Of a stretch of 64,000 bases of DNA, positions 12,174 to 23,572 are shown in pieces. Source of the DNA: Eledone cirrhosa. Lineage: Eukaryota. Made by a program: the position numbers and the translations under genes. Positions within the stretch are counted from its first letter, which is position 1. Each line of letters begins with the position of its first letter. The notes beneath the pieces were generated by a model. The model ran no database searches and was not told the origin of the DNA. It saw only the letters and a list, made by a program, of their open reading frames with translations. The stretch lies in assembly GCA_964016885.1 (NCBI GenBank), contig CAXHJY010000489.1:62001-126000 (forward strand), written 5' to 3'.

Positions 12174-12539
12174 ATTGCAGCAACTCAATTTCGAGTAATG
12201 CCATCGATTGATACTTAGCCATGAGTGTCACAGGCGGCTTTTTAATCCTGATAGGGATTTCCCTATGCCTAGCAATACCATGCATCGCAAAAAATGTCAC
12301 ATATCACGTGATGCCTATGCTTGAAGCTTTTTTAAGTGAGGAAAGGCTTTGCATAGGGCCAATCCCACTCTTTGACCATCAAATGCATTTACTCCAAAAA
12401 TAGCAATGGACTACATCATTAGATGGAAACAAATCCATATGTTTTATATCAGAGTAACCTTCTCCTAGAGAGATATCTTAATGAAGACTAGGTGTCTATC
12501 ATGCAAAAATAGAATTTATCCAAAAGTTCTTGAACTTTA

Positions 12540-14575
12540 TGGCTTCTATCTCCCAGTCAGCCACCATCAAACCAGTTTCTTTCAATGTGTCCTTTACACA
12601 ATCCTTGAATTGAAGCCTTGGCTTGTTGGGTGGTCTCTTACCTTTACAAAGCTCGCCATACAAAGGTTGTTTTGAGATTCAATCATCTTCTATTCTGCAG
12701 AGGTGTCTGGTCCATCGCAAAGATCGTTGGTGGATGATAATCTCAATGCTCCAACACTCACTTCTGTCAAAGACTTCAGCATCACACACATGCAGCTGCC
12801 ACTTGATACCGAGTATCTTTCTGAGACAGTGCTGGTGAAATCGTTCCAGTCTTTGGATATGCCGTTTGTAGGCAACCCATGTCTCACAAGCGTACAGCAA
12901 AGCTGACAGTATACACTCTCGCCTTGGCCTTCATTGAGATTCCTTGCCTGGACCAAAGATGGTCGCTGAGCCTTCCAAATGACTCACTTGCTTTACTAAC
13001 ACGTAGACAAACTTCTGCATCCATCGAGTTGGTCACACTCAGAGTACTCCTCAAATACACAAATCTGTCAGCAACCTTCAGCTTTTGACTGTATACATAT
13101 ATGGAAGGTTCATTGAAAACTTTATCCAGAGCAGGTTGGTACATGACAGTCTTCTTCAGACTGTCAGTCCCAAAGCACTGCATGCATTGGAGAAAGAATC
13201 CATAAGGTGTTGCATGTCACTCTGGTAGTGTGCAAAGAGATCACAATGATCTGCATACAGAAATTCTCTGATTAAGGTACACAGTACCTTAGTGTTGGCA
13301 GCGAGGTACCTGAGCTTGCCAGAAGTGCGATATCTGAAATAGATACCATGTTGACAACTCTTGAAGGCTATTTTCCACCGAGAATGGCTCAGACAGTTTA
13401 CCTCCAATATTTACCCATGTCTGCATGTCATCATGGAAGAGCTTGAATATGTTCACAAATTTTCAGGACAGCCCAATCTCTCCAAAATAATCCACAAAGC
13501 CTTCCGATTTACGGTGTCAAATGCCTTGGTCAGATCAACAAAAACTTGGTATAAGTTCATGCACTGCTTTATGCATTTCTCTTGAAGTTGTTTGGCTGAG
13601 AAGACCATGTCAACAGTGCCTCTGCCATTTCTAAAGCCACATTGGGACTCAGGAAGTACCTCAACAGCATGTGCTATATCAATCTGTCCATCAATATCCT
13701 GCACAAGATCTTCCTAGCCACAGATAGCAGTGAGATACCTCTGTAGTTGCCACAACCATCTTTGGCTCCTTTGTAAAATACCACCATCAATGCATCTTTC
13801 CAGTCCTGTGGTACATCATCTTCATTCCAAACATTCACAAAGAGATCAGTGAGGTGGTTTAAGAAGTTATCACCAGCACACTTAAATATCTCGGCACTCA
13901 ATCCATCCATTCCAGGTGACTTGACGCTGTTTAATTTGGCAATGGCATTCACCACCTCATCAAATGAAGGAGGATCAGCCATTGCCAGCATTGTAGGTCT
14001 GGATATAATCGACCAGATGAACTCATCAATTTCTGATGGTCTGTTGAGAATCTCATCAAAGTGGTCATGCCACCTGATCAGGATTTCTTTCGGATCTGAG
14101 CAATTCCTTGCCATCTTTGGAGCAAAATGGGGATATTTGTGGACCGGTTGGACCATACACCTCCCTAAGCAGATTGTATAAGTGCTTTGTATCATGTCTA
14201 TCTGAGGTTTTCTGGGTTTCATCAGCTTTTTGTCTCCACCAGGTATCTTGCATGACTCTCAATTGATGTTGCACACGTACCTTGATTAGCTTGAAGATCC
14301 AGTCACTCCTGTCAGAACGTGTCTCACTCAACAATGATGTCAGCACTTTTTGTTTCTCTTCAAGCAAGATATAGATCACTGCATCATTTTCATCAAACCA
14401 GTCCTTATGCTTTCTATTGATATGATCTACAACTCCAGCACTGACATCATAGACGGTTTTCTTCAATGATACCCACTCAGGAGACTTCGACTGCTCTGCT
14501 CTGACTTCTGTCTTCAGACGAGCCACGTTTAGTCGTTTTGGAAGTGCAACCTTCTTCTCCCTTACTTTGGCAAAA
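12540..14575 (-). mobile_element. Decayed RTE-clade LINE, BovB-like family B
   Basis: NYRGISLLSVARKIL, PESQCGFRNGRGTVDM, FVDLTKAFDTV, FLYADHC, LYACETW; several frameshifts. Confidence 0.92.
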
Positions 14576-14829
14576 ATTTGTGAAATTATAAAACCAAAAG
14601 AACACACATACATATAGCAGTCAGTCAACGCGACCAGTTGCACATTTTGGCATGGGAGACTATTCATTAAATTTAAGATGAAAACTATCTCCGACAGTAA
14701 TGCCACAACTACCAGTCATATTGAATAACTGGATATTCTAACTATATCCACTGAAGAAATCTTTTATTGGAATTCGTAGATATATCCGACTAAATCCATA
14801 ATTCATTTTACAAGGATTTGCTACAAACA

Positions 14830-16000
14830 GCATGGCCGGACACAATATCAACAAAAACAATTTATCAAACACAAGGAACGTAAACAATATACCGGAGAAA
14901 ACCAGCGAGAAAATCAACGAGAAAAGTTAATTTATTCAGTTGTAGCTACAGAAGAAACCGAAATTATAAATCGCATTTCTCTTGGAGTTGCAAACTTGAT
15001 GATTTATTTAATTGTTATAAAATGGCGAAAAAAATCCCTCCGTTGGCTATATGAACAGAATGAAGCTACACTGGGACGAAATACATCCAAAGCTAAATCA
15101 TTTCACAGCGAAACAATTACGTCAACAAGCAACGTTTGTTCAACGTAAAAATGAGATAAATATTAATAATTGTAAGTCCCCCACAACAAACATGGAATCA
15201 ACACGTGCTACAGGTCGCCATGCTACTAGACTTCCTAGCAGCCAGGTCGAACAGTGCCTTGAAACAACTATGCCTGTAAGAAATTTGACACCACTTGTAC
15301 CATCTGAGTCTACCTCGACTGTTGTGGAAAACACTATCGATAATAATAATTGTTTCTACTTTTGGGAACAGGGCCAACAACCAACCAGCGCATTACTGGT
15401 ACTTTATTTTATCGATCCCGTAAGGATGAAAGGCAAAGTTAACCTCGGCGGGATTTGAACTCAGAATGACAATGGCCGTAAACGCCTGTTTATATGCCTT
15501 AGCAACGACAGTGAAGCATTATCTTGGTGTCAGCAGAGATATTAACAAGAACAAAACACCACAAAAAGTACCATCATATATAACTAAAATAGAAAAAAAG
15601 ATTGCTGACCTACGAAAAACTATAGGTTATGTGACAATGTTCTTTACATGCAAACAAAAACAAAAAACCTTCACTCCTCATCAACAAAGAGTGAAAAATA
15701 AAATAGAAACGATGTTTGGTGACAGTACAAGCAGAATTCTTCAATATAAGCTGATCACCCTCAAACAAGAATTGAGAGCTGTCAGCGAGAAACGTTGATA
15801 CCAGAAGGTAGATGAAAGAAAAGTGCTTAATAAAAGATTCAGGCGAAACCAAACATCAGTCTATAGAGATATGAAGGGCAAAATAATAAGTGTCCCAGAA
15901 AGAGATTCCTTTTGGAGAAAAATATGGGGTGAAAAGAAGAATTTCAACCAAGATGCAGTGTGACTAAAAGAAATCAAAAAGAACTATTGCTCCGACTTTC
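14830..16000 (+). mobile_element. N-terminal (pre-RT) fragment of a probable R4/Dong-like non-LTR element
   Basis: LKQELRAVSEKR..LNKRFRRNQTSVYR..FWRKIWGEKKNFNQDAV resembles the R4-clade pre-RT region (recalled, not searched). Confidence 0.55.
15347..15466 (-). mobile_element. 5'-truncated SINE family 1
   Basis: Nearly identical to 4536-4615. Confidence 0.85.
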
Positions 16001-16039
16001 AAAATATTGGCGTGTAAACAACAACAGCCACAAAATCAA

Positions 16040-16162
16040 GAACAGTAACTACTTGAGTGGGCCATGGTGTCCAAATTCTGATTTGAAAGACTTCGCCAGA
16101 TAGTGCTATTAAGTGAGACATGGCCTGGGCCAATACTGGCGGAAACCTATCAAAGTTATATC
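16040..16162 (+). mobile_element. 3' end of the CR1-group LINE family seen at 34410-37800
   Basis: Reverse complement of 34420-34540 (cttgagtgggccatggtgtc..gaaacctatcaaagttat). Confidence 0.85.
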
Positions 16163-16476
16163 CATGTTTATATTTCCTCCCAGCACGAAATATGAATTGA
16201 CCTTCTTCAACACTTAATTTTCAATTCTTTTTTAAATTCTAATTGTAATATTTATTATTTGCTAATATGGATTACATCGAAACCGGTAGTATTGTATATA
16301 CTTTATAAAACTCTATTTAAAAAAAAATTCTTCTTTTTCAATAATGTCACTTTGACGGCTCAAAGAAGAAATTTCCGTACATTCTTACTTTTTTCTATAA
16401 CCTGTTTTGTATAGAACATTACCAACTTTTCAAACATATAAATATATATATATATATACACATATATATATATAAA

Positions 16477-16640
16477 CAGTGAAATTCCGTTATTACGAAA
16501 TTCAAGGGCTATAAAATAATTCGTTATAACGAAACATTCTTTATAACGAAATTGACCGAAATAAATCGAGCTTTTGTTATTACCTCGGGGATAGAAAAAA
16601 TCGTTATTATGGTATTCGTTATAACGGAATTTTACTTGTA
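16477..16640. mobile_element. Tc1/mariner (pogo/Tigger-like) MITE
   Basis: TIRs cagtgaaattccgttattacgaa / ttcgttataacggaattttacttg in TA context. Confidence 0.75.
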
Positions 16641-17000
16641 TACATACTTACATATACATACATACATAATATATATATGTATGTATGTAAAAGTTAAACA
16701 GAAACAATAAAACAAACGGCACAGTACATGGAAGAAATGTATTAGTTTAACGCTTGAAATAGTAGGAAGCCTGTCTTAATATTTTGGACATTAGTCCTTC
16801 ATCACAAGTTAAAGTTAGAAATAAATGATAAATAGAAAGTAAAGGGTGATAAGAGTGAGGAACAGGAGATAATTGTGGAGGAAAAAATTACCCTTGCGTA
16901 TTCATTTTGGAGACATGTGTATACATATATATATTTATATATATATATATATAAAAACAAATAACGAAACGAAATTAAATTTCGTTTCGTATACGTGTGT

Positions 17001-17072
17001 GTATTCATATGCATACTAGTATTCATATGCATACTAGTATTCATATGCATACTAGTATTCATATGCATACTA
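17001..17072. repeat. 18-bp tandem repeat gtattcatatgcatacta x4
   Basis: Four exact copies; only one copy in the duplicate at 17521. Confidence 0.95.
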
Positions 17073-17315
17073 GTATTTCAGTATACATATGTGGATGTAC
17101 ATTTTTAACTTAATTGTTTAAGCGTCAGTCATACAAAAGTGAGTTACAAACGAAACGAAATTTAATTTCGTTTCGTTATTTGTTTTTATCGTCTCCGTTG
17201 AACCGGTACGTACTCACGTTCTATGCAAATTAGTCTGCCCACTACTAATTTTCATAGAAAAAGTATATAACGATATGTGCTTTTACGATTCTCTAGAAAG
17301 GCCGGAAGATAGGTA

Positions 17316-17360
17316 AATATTGCTGATGAGATGTAACAACATCGAAACTAGTTCAATATT
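17316..17360 (+). ncRNA. Minimal type I hammerhead ribozyme
   Basis: aatattg CTGATGA gatgt-aaca-acatc GAAA ctag TT caatatt; perfect stems I and II, palindromic stem III, GUU site. Confidence 0.88.
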
Positions 17361-17967
17361 CCTTGTCTGGCTTTCTGGAGAATAGAGGAAAGGTGTTTCC
17401 TCAAAAACCAGTATGACTCTAAAAACCGGTTTGTCTGTGTGTTTACATACAGAATAGCTGGACACTCACAGTAAAGTGACCAGTGAACAACTCGGTACAT
17501 CTACATATGTATACGTGTGTGTATTCATATGCATACTAGTATTTCAGTATACATATGTGGATGTACATTTTTAACTTAATTGTTTATATATATATATATC
17601 TATATATATTCAGAATGAATATTTATCCAAGAAATGATAAATTGGACTAACTTCCAGTAACATCAATATAAACGATTCTTTCTTCTCTGAAGATTCCATG
17701 CAAATATCACTAACAATGTATATTGTATTGATGAGACAGTGTAAGATGTAAAGTTTGTTTTTAAATGTATTGCCTTGTCCTCCATTCATTCTGATTATAC
17801 TTGCTCTCTTTACTTTCTGCGCTTAACTCTCATTAAATATTAACTTTTCTATAATATTTAACACTAAACCCCTAAGCATTGAGCACACTTCGCTTCCGTT
17901 ATTGGCGTCTAGTATACTGTGTCACAATTTTTTCTCTCTCCTCCACTCTTAAGATACATGTCGTTTC

Positions 17968-18004
<37 letters not shown>

Positions 18005-18137
18005 TGTTAAAACTTATATACATTCTATAATTAATTGATATAATAATTAATTACCGTTTTTGTGGCTTTAATTGTTTCTTCTTTTTTTTTCCTTTTGCTG
18101 GATAAAAATGTTGTCCGCATCATGCAAATACAAATAT

Positions 18138-18222
18138 CGTTTGAAATGAATCATGGGAATAAAAATGGTGTTTGAAATGAACGATGGGAATAAAATGGCG
18201 TTTGAAATGAACCATGGGAATT
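18138..18222. repeat. ~30-bp tandem repeat x3 (gtttgaaatgaaccatgggaataaaatggc)
   Basis: Direct inspection. Confidence 0.8.
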
Positions 18223-18357
18223 GAGACGTGATTTTTTTTTTTTTTTTTTTTTTTTTCGTGCTGTACACATTCCATCTATTCAAATTTGCTTCTTCCTCAA
18301 AGTGACTGAACACTACCATTCTCAACATCTGCTACTGTTTATATAAATATATATATA

Positions 18358-18702
18358 TAACGAAGTTCCGAAATTCACGTGTATTAAAAATAATTCGTTG
18401 TAACGAAAAATTCTTTATAACGAAATCGACGTAACATATCGAGCATGTGGCCGGAGATTGAAAAAAATTTCGGTATACTGAAAAATTCGTTATAATGGTA
18501 ATCGTTATAACGAAATTTTACCTGTATATACAGTGGAATTCCGTTATAACGAAATTCACGGCTATAAAAGAAATTCGTTGTAACTAAAAAATTCTTTATA
18601 ATGAGATCGACCAAAACAAAGCGAGCATCTGTTTGTTATTACCTCAGGGATTGAAAAAACATTTGTTATAATGGTATTCATTATAATGGAAATTTACCTG
18701 TA
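18358..18702. mobile_element. Two tandem copies of the pogo/Tigger-like MITE joined at TATATA
   Basis: ..ttttacctg tatata cagtggaattccgttataacgaa..aatttacctg ta; same family as 16477. Confidence 0.75.
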
Positions 18703-19129
18703 TATATTTGTATGTATGTATGTGTGTATCAGACTTATTCTTAGTACAATTTAACCTGAGATAGAGAGGCTACTTTCACTTCACTAAACACATCCTCCTC
18801 ATTGATCCCCCTCATTAAAAACCTATCTGGGTTGGCTGTTTTAGTGGTATACTATTGACTTCTCCAATATGTCTGATAAATTTGTACATTACTTTATTGA
18901 GTAGAATATATTTGCACATGTAGAAAGGTCTGTTTTGGGTGGTGGATTGGGGGACAATATGACCTTATCATTAATAATATTATTATAGTATAGTATATAT
19001 ATATATATGATATAGTAGTATATTAACTATCAAATGATACATTATATATAAATATAGTAAAATAAAAAAACATAATATATAAATTAATGATTTTGTCTAT
19101 TATATAATATTCATAATTTGTGTGTTGGC

Positions 19130-19217
19130 AGGTCGTTCTGGAAATAGGGGTGGGTGTGCTGAGGGTATTACGGGGCCATGAGTGTGCCAGTGGCCCCAAA
19201 AGTTTGAGAACCTCTGA
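19130..19217. mobile_element. Probable hAT-type transposon terminus
   Basis: aaaagtttgagaacctctg resembles Charlie/hAT ends; the other end was not found. Confidence 0.35.
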
Positions 19218-19439
19218 TCTAAGGTGACAATGAGATCAAACGTCGAATCTCGTGTTTGTAGAGCAAACGTCTTACACTCCTATATAAAGATTGTCATCAT
19301 AGAGAACTCTACACATTTCTTCAGGGGAATTAATCAGTAAGAGCTGAAAACAAGAGAAATCTCTTTGAAAAAAGTTTTTTTTTTTTTTCCGAATACTTTT
19401 TCAAAATAAAAAAAAAGCTTCAGGGACACTTACTCCCTC

Positions 19440-20280
19440 TGAAAGTGGTTAGTGCCTCGGCCTGGGAGGGCTTTATTGGGGTTGTCATTCATTTGGGTCA
19501 TATCTGTGGCCAGCTATCTGTCCATGTCAGAAGCATATTGAAATTTGAGTCTTGGAGCTTTACTGTTTGACAAGAGAAAGGGCAGCATAACATGAAGCAA
19601 TGTTCGCTCAGTAGCTGAGAATCTTTAGCCATGTTATGTAGTGGATAACTTGGGTCTATTGAGGCCTTAATGACCAACCCGCGTGTGTAATGATTTCTAT
19701 GAAGGGTGACATTAAAATAAGCAATGTGGGCTTAATAACTGAGAATCCCCAGCCATGTCATGGAGTGGATGACTTGGATCTATTGAAGCCTTGGTCACCA
19801 ACCAGTGTGTGTAATGCTTTCTATGAAAAGATGCAGCACCAATACCTCAGATCACAGGTAGACACTCAGTTGGTGTAGGATGGAGACATCTGTTGATGAG
19901 CCTTAAATGTTGTTTAGGGATGTATTTAGTTTCTACTTATGGGAGCTCCTGCTCCATACAAGGAAGTTGTACTCCGCAGCAGCCCTTAGACTAAAGCTAG
20001 GGCACTGGTACCTTGGGTGAGATATACTAACACCCCATGATGAGCTTGCCAAATGGCATCGAAGGTTTGTTCCTTGCAAATATCTCTGCATGTAAGAACT
20101 GAATGTGCTGCCTGTAAGTCAACTGTCAGTCCAATTTCACTTTAAGATATGTTGGTGTGGTATTATATGAGAGGGATGAACTATCACGGCCACTGAGATG
20201 CTGAGAGGCCTCCTTGGTATTCAGGTGGAATGTCATTGCAGTTGTCTTTGCCATGCTCAGCTTCAATCTCACAGTCTCAA
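19440..20280 (-). mobile_element. Heavily decayed Vingi/Ingi-like LINE, RT C-terminal region
   Basis: Minus strand RLKLSMAKTTAMTFHLNTKEA and PTYL-VKLD-QLTYRQH. Confidence 0.55.
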
Positions 20281-20344
20281 TATATAAATTAAATATACTT
20301 CACTGAGAAGATCTAATAAGATCAAAACATGTTTACTGCTTCCA

Positions 20345-20595
20345 TAAAGTTGGTTTATAATGAAGGACCACAGCCATTGTATTGTTATAAAATGTTCACA
20401 AAGTTGGCTTATAAACAAGGACCACAGCCATTGTATTGTTATAAAATATTCTACAATGTTGGTTTATAAACAAGGACCACGCTATTGTATTGTCTTAAAA
20501 TGTTCACAAAGTTGGTTTATAAACAAGGACCACAGCTATTGTATTGTCATAAAATCTTCACAAAGTTGGTTTATAAACAAGGACCTCAGTCACTG
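20345..20595. repeat. ~60-bp minisatellite x4
   Basis: aaagttggtttataaacaaggaccacagccattgtattgttataaaatgttcac repeated. Confidence 0.92.
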
Positions 20596-20596
20596 T

Positions 20597-22637
20597 CATC
20601 ATCATCAACACCGTGTTACGTTCATTCTTCCACGCTAGCATGGGTTAGATGAATTGTCTCGTTGTGAGCAATGCCAGGTCAGGTGACCATGTCTTGCTCA
20701 TACAGAACTGATTTTGGCTTGGTTTCTACAACTGGATGCCCTTTCTAACACCAACCTCATTTACAGTGAGTACTGGATGTCTTTTTACGGTGGAGCCTAT
20801 ACAACCCCTTTACAGTGAGGAGTCGGTGATTTTTTGTTGTAACACCTACATGACTACTTTACAGTGAGAAGGGGTGGGGGCATACTGTCTATAGGCTTCA
20901 GCTTCGGCTTGTACCCATGGGAAGTCAGGTCTTCTGTATTACGGCGTAATGCCAGAGCTCTCAGTCCTGTGTCATCACTTTTGAGCGGTGCAATTGGGCA
21001 AGATCAGCTTTTATCACCTCATCCCAGGTCTTATTAGGTCTCCCCACTCCAAGACTTCCATCAACTTTTAGTGCTCTGCACCTTTTTATGCAGCTGTCAT
21101 CCTTCCTATGCATCACCTGTCCATACCAGCATAATCTCCTCTCCTGCACACAGCATTTGATACCTCTTATGCCTAGTCTCTCTCTCAATTCGCTTATGTT
21201 TTGCCGTTCATATTACATATCCATCTGAGCATGCAAGCTTCTTTTCTTTCTAATCTATGCAAGTCTTCTGCACACAATGCTCAGGTCTCACTGCCATGCA
21301 CCATTGTTGTTTGTATGCAAGCATCAAACAGTCTGCTTTTAATTTTGAGGGGAAAACCTTTTGCAGCTAGTAGTAGTAGTAGCTCCCTGAACTTCTCCCA
21401 TCCTGTTCTTACCCTGGTTACTGTACTTTCAGAATACCCACCTCCACTGCTAATTCAGTCACCTAGATAGCAGAAGCTGTCTACTGTTTCTACTGAGCCC
21501 TCCCAGAATTTGGTAGTGCTTGTTTCCTGTGGTCGTTTCCTGCTTGCTGTCCCAGTGCAGCTACTACATGTGAAGCCTACATTCTTAGCTAAACTTCTTG
21601 AGATCCCATTACATCTATTGTGTACCCATAGTTTGCATTTGGGGCAGAGGATAGAATTTCTACCTGCACCTTTCCTACATACTGAGCAATGCCATTTCTC
21701 TGAAGGGATCTGGGTTCTGTTTTTTCTTCTACTTACGAGGACCTTAGTCTTTGTCAGGTTAACTTTGAGACCCCTTCTTTCTAGACACTGCTTCCATGTT
21801 TGGAATTTCTTCTCTCATTCCACCATAGATCTATGTACAAAAGTTCCCATGGGCATCCTGTCTTAAACTCTTCTTTTATAGCCTGCAATCCGATAATAAA
21901 CAGAAGAGAGCTAAGAACAGAGCCCTGGTGGATGCCAACCTGTATGCTAAATTCCTTGCTATAGTCATTGTTAACCCTAACTTTGCTGACTGCTCCCTTA
22001 TACATGGCTTGTACAGACTTCAGAAGCCACTCCGCTACTCCTGGTTTTCTAAGAGCCCACCAGATTATAGCATGGGATACTCTGTCGAAGGCTTTTTCCA
22101 GATAGACAAATGCTATGTAGGGCGGCTTACTTTTAGCTAGGTACTTTACCTGTAACTGCCTCACAAGGTAGAGGGCATCAGTGGTACCTTTTCCTGGCAC
22201 AAACCCAAATTGCATCTCACCTAGTTTTACCCGGTCCCTAATCAACTGTGCTATAACTCTTTCTGTTACTTTCATGACTTGGTCCATCAGCTTTATACCT
22301 CTACAGTTACCTCTATCTAGTGAATCTCCTTTACCCTTGTAACACTTGACAATGATGTTGCTGTGCTAATCATTTGGGATGATGCCATCTAGTATTACTT
22401 GGTTAACAATACTCGTACGTGTGGTTATGGTGTGACCTACCGACCTAGATGCTCTCAGCATCTCAGCAACTCTTCCTGATGGACTGGTTGCTTTCCCAGT
22501 TTTCATATCCTTAATTGCCTTACTAACTACACTGCTACTGACTTGTATTGTGTGGCCCTCTATGGGGTCCACTTGGGGCAAGGTCTCTTTCTCCCATTCA
22601 TTCCCCTCATTCAGTAATCTTTCATAATGGCTCTTCA
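20597..22637 (-). mobile_element. 5'-truncated RTE family A copy with internal deletion
   Basis: RT motifs in ORFs 21781-22287 and 22366-22638, 3' UTR and ATG tail. Confidence 0.93.
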
Positions 22638-22639
22638 AA

Positions 22640-23227
22640 GGAAGTGCTACTTAGCCACTTGTTAAAACTACTGTGTCAGTGCTGGGAAGAGTGAACAGTC
22701 CTGCAAGACATGAGAGACTGCAATATTGTCACCATCTATAAGAACAAAGGGACAGAAGCAACTGCAATAGCTACCGAGGCATCTCGCTGCTAAGTATTGT
22801 TGGGAAGGTCTTTGTCAGTGTGGGCCTGAACAGACTACAGAAAATCACTGAAAGTGTATACCCCAAATCTCAGTGTGGTTTCAGGTCAGAATACTCCATC
22901 ATCAACATGACCTTCTCCCTTCGACAGCTACAGAAGTGCCGAGAGCAAAGGCAACCACTCTATATCACCTTCAACGACATCATGAAGGCATTCAATCTAG
23001 ATAGTAGAGATGGCCTGCTCAAAATCCTTGCCAGAATTGGTTGTGCAGTCATTTCATGCAGATATAAAGGGTATCGTTCAACTTGGTGACTCTTCTTTGG
23101 AAGCATTTAATATAAGCAGTGGTGTGAAGCAGGACTGCATGTTAGCCCCCACTCTGTTTGGCACCTTTTTCGCAGTCATGCTAAAACATGCATTTGGAGA
23201 GTTAATTGAGGGTGTCTACCTCCAATC

Positions 23228-23228
<1 letters not shown>
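22640..23228 (+). mobile_element. BovB-like RTE RT fragment, head-to-head with the family A copy
   Basis: YRGISLLSIVGKVF, PKSQCGFR, SGVKQDCMLAPTLF. Confidence 0.88.

Positions 23229-23235
<7 letters not shown>

Positions 23236-23316
<81 letters not shown>
23236..23316. repeat. (TG)n microsatellite
   Basis: Direct inspection. Confidence 0.98.
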
Positions 23317-23319
<3 letters not shown>

Positions 23320-23502
23320 CTAAAAAAGGAAAAAAAAACTTAATTTGTAGTTCTAAACAATTTAATTTAATTTTATAATATATTATAATTTTAAAATTCA
23401 GTTTGGTAGATCTAGTAAGTACTTTGTTAACTTCGGTGGGGAGATTTTTTAAAGATTCTTGGTTAACTTTCCTGGAGAACTTTCTCACATTCATCGGTGG
23501 CG

Positions 23503-23503
<1 letters not shown>
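23320..23503 (-). repeat. Unclassified dispersed repeat, homologous to 33580-33765 (+)
   Basis: Shared gagaaagttctc..gttaaccaagaatctttaaaa..cccaccgaagttaacaaag..ctagatctaccaa. Confidence 0.7.

Positions 23504-23570
<67 letters not shown>

Positions 23571-23572
<2 letters not shown>

Larger units (their letters stand above)
16951..17586 (+). mobile_element. Terminally redundant hammerhead-containing module (retrozyme or Penelope pLTR-like)
   Basis: Direct repeat 16989-17120 / 17509-17586; perfect 40-bp inversion 16951-16990 / 17150-17189; hammerhead inside; (TA)n on both sides. Confidence 0.65.

Noticed and set aside
14744-14835. atatcca CTGAAGA hammerhead-like start (similar partial motifs at 16278, 54155 and 61563)
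   Set aside because: Half of the core is missing or too degenerate to support
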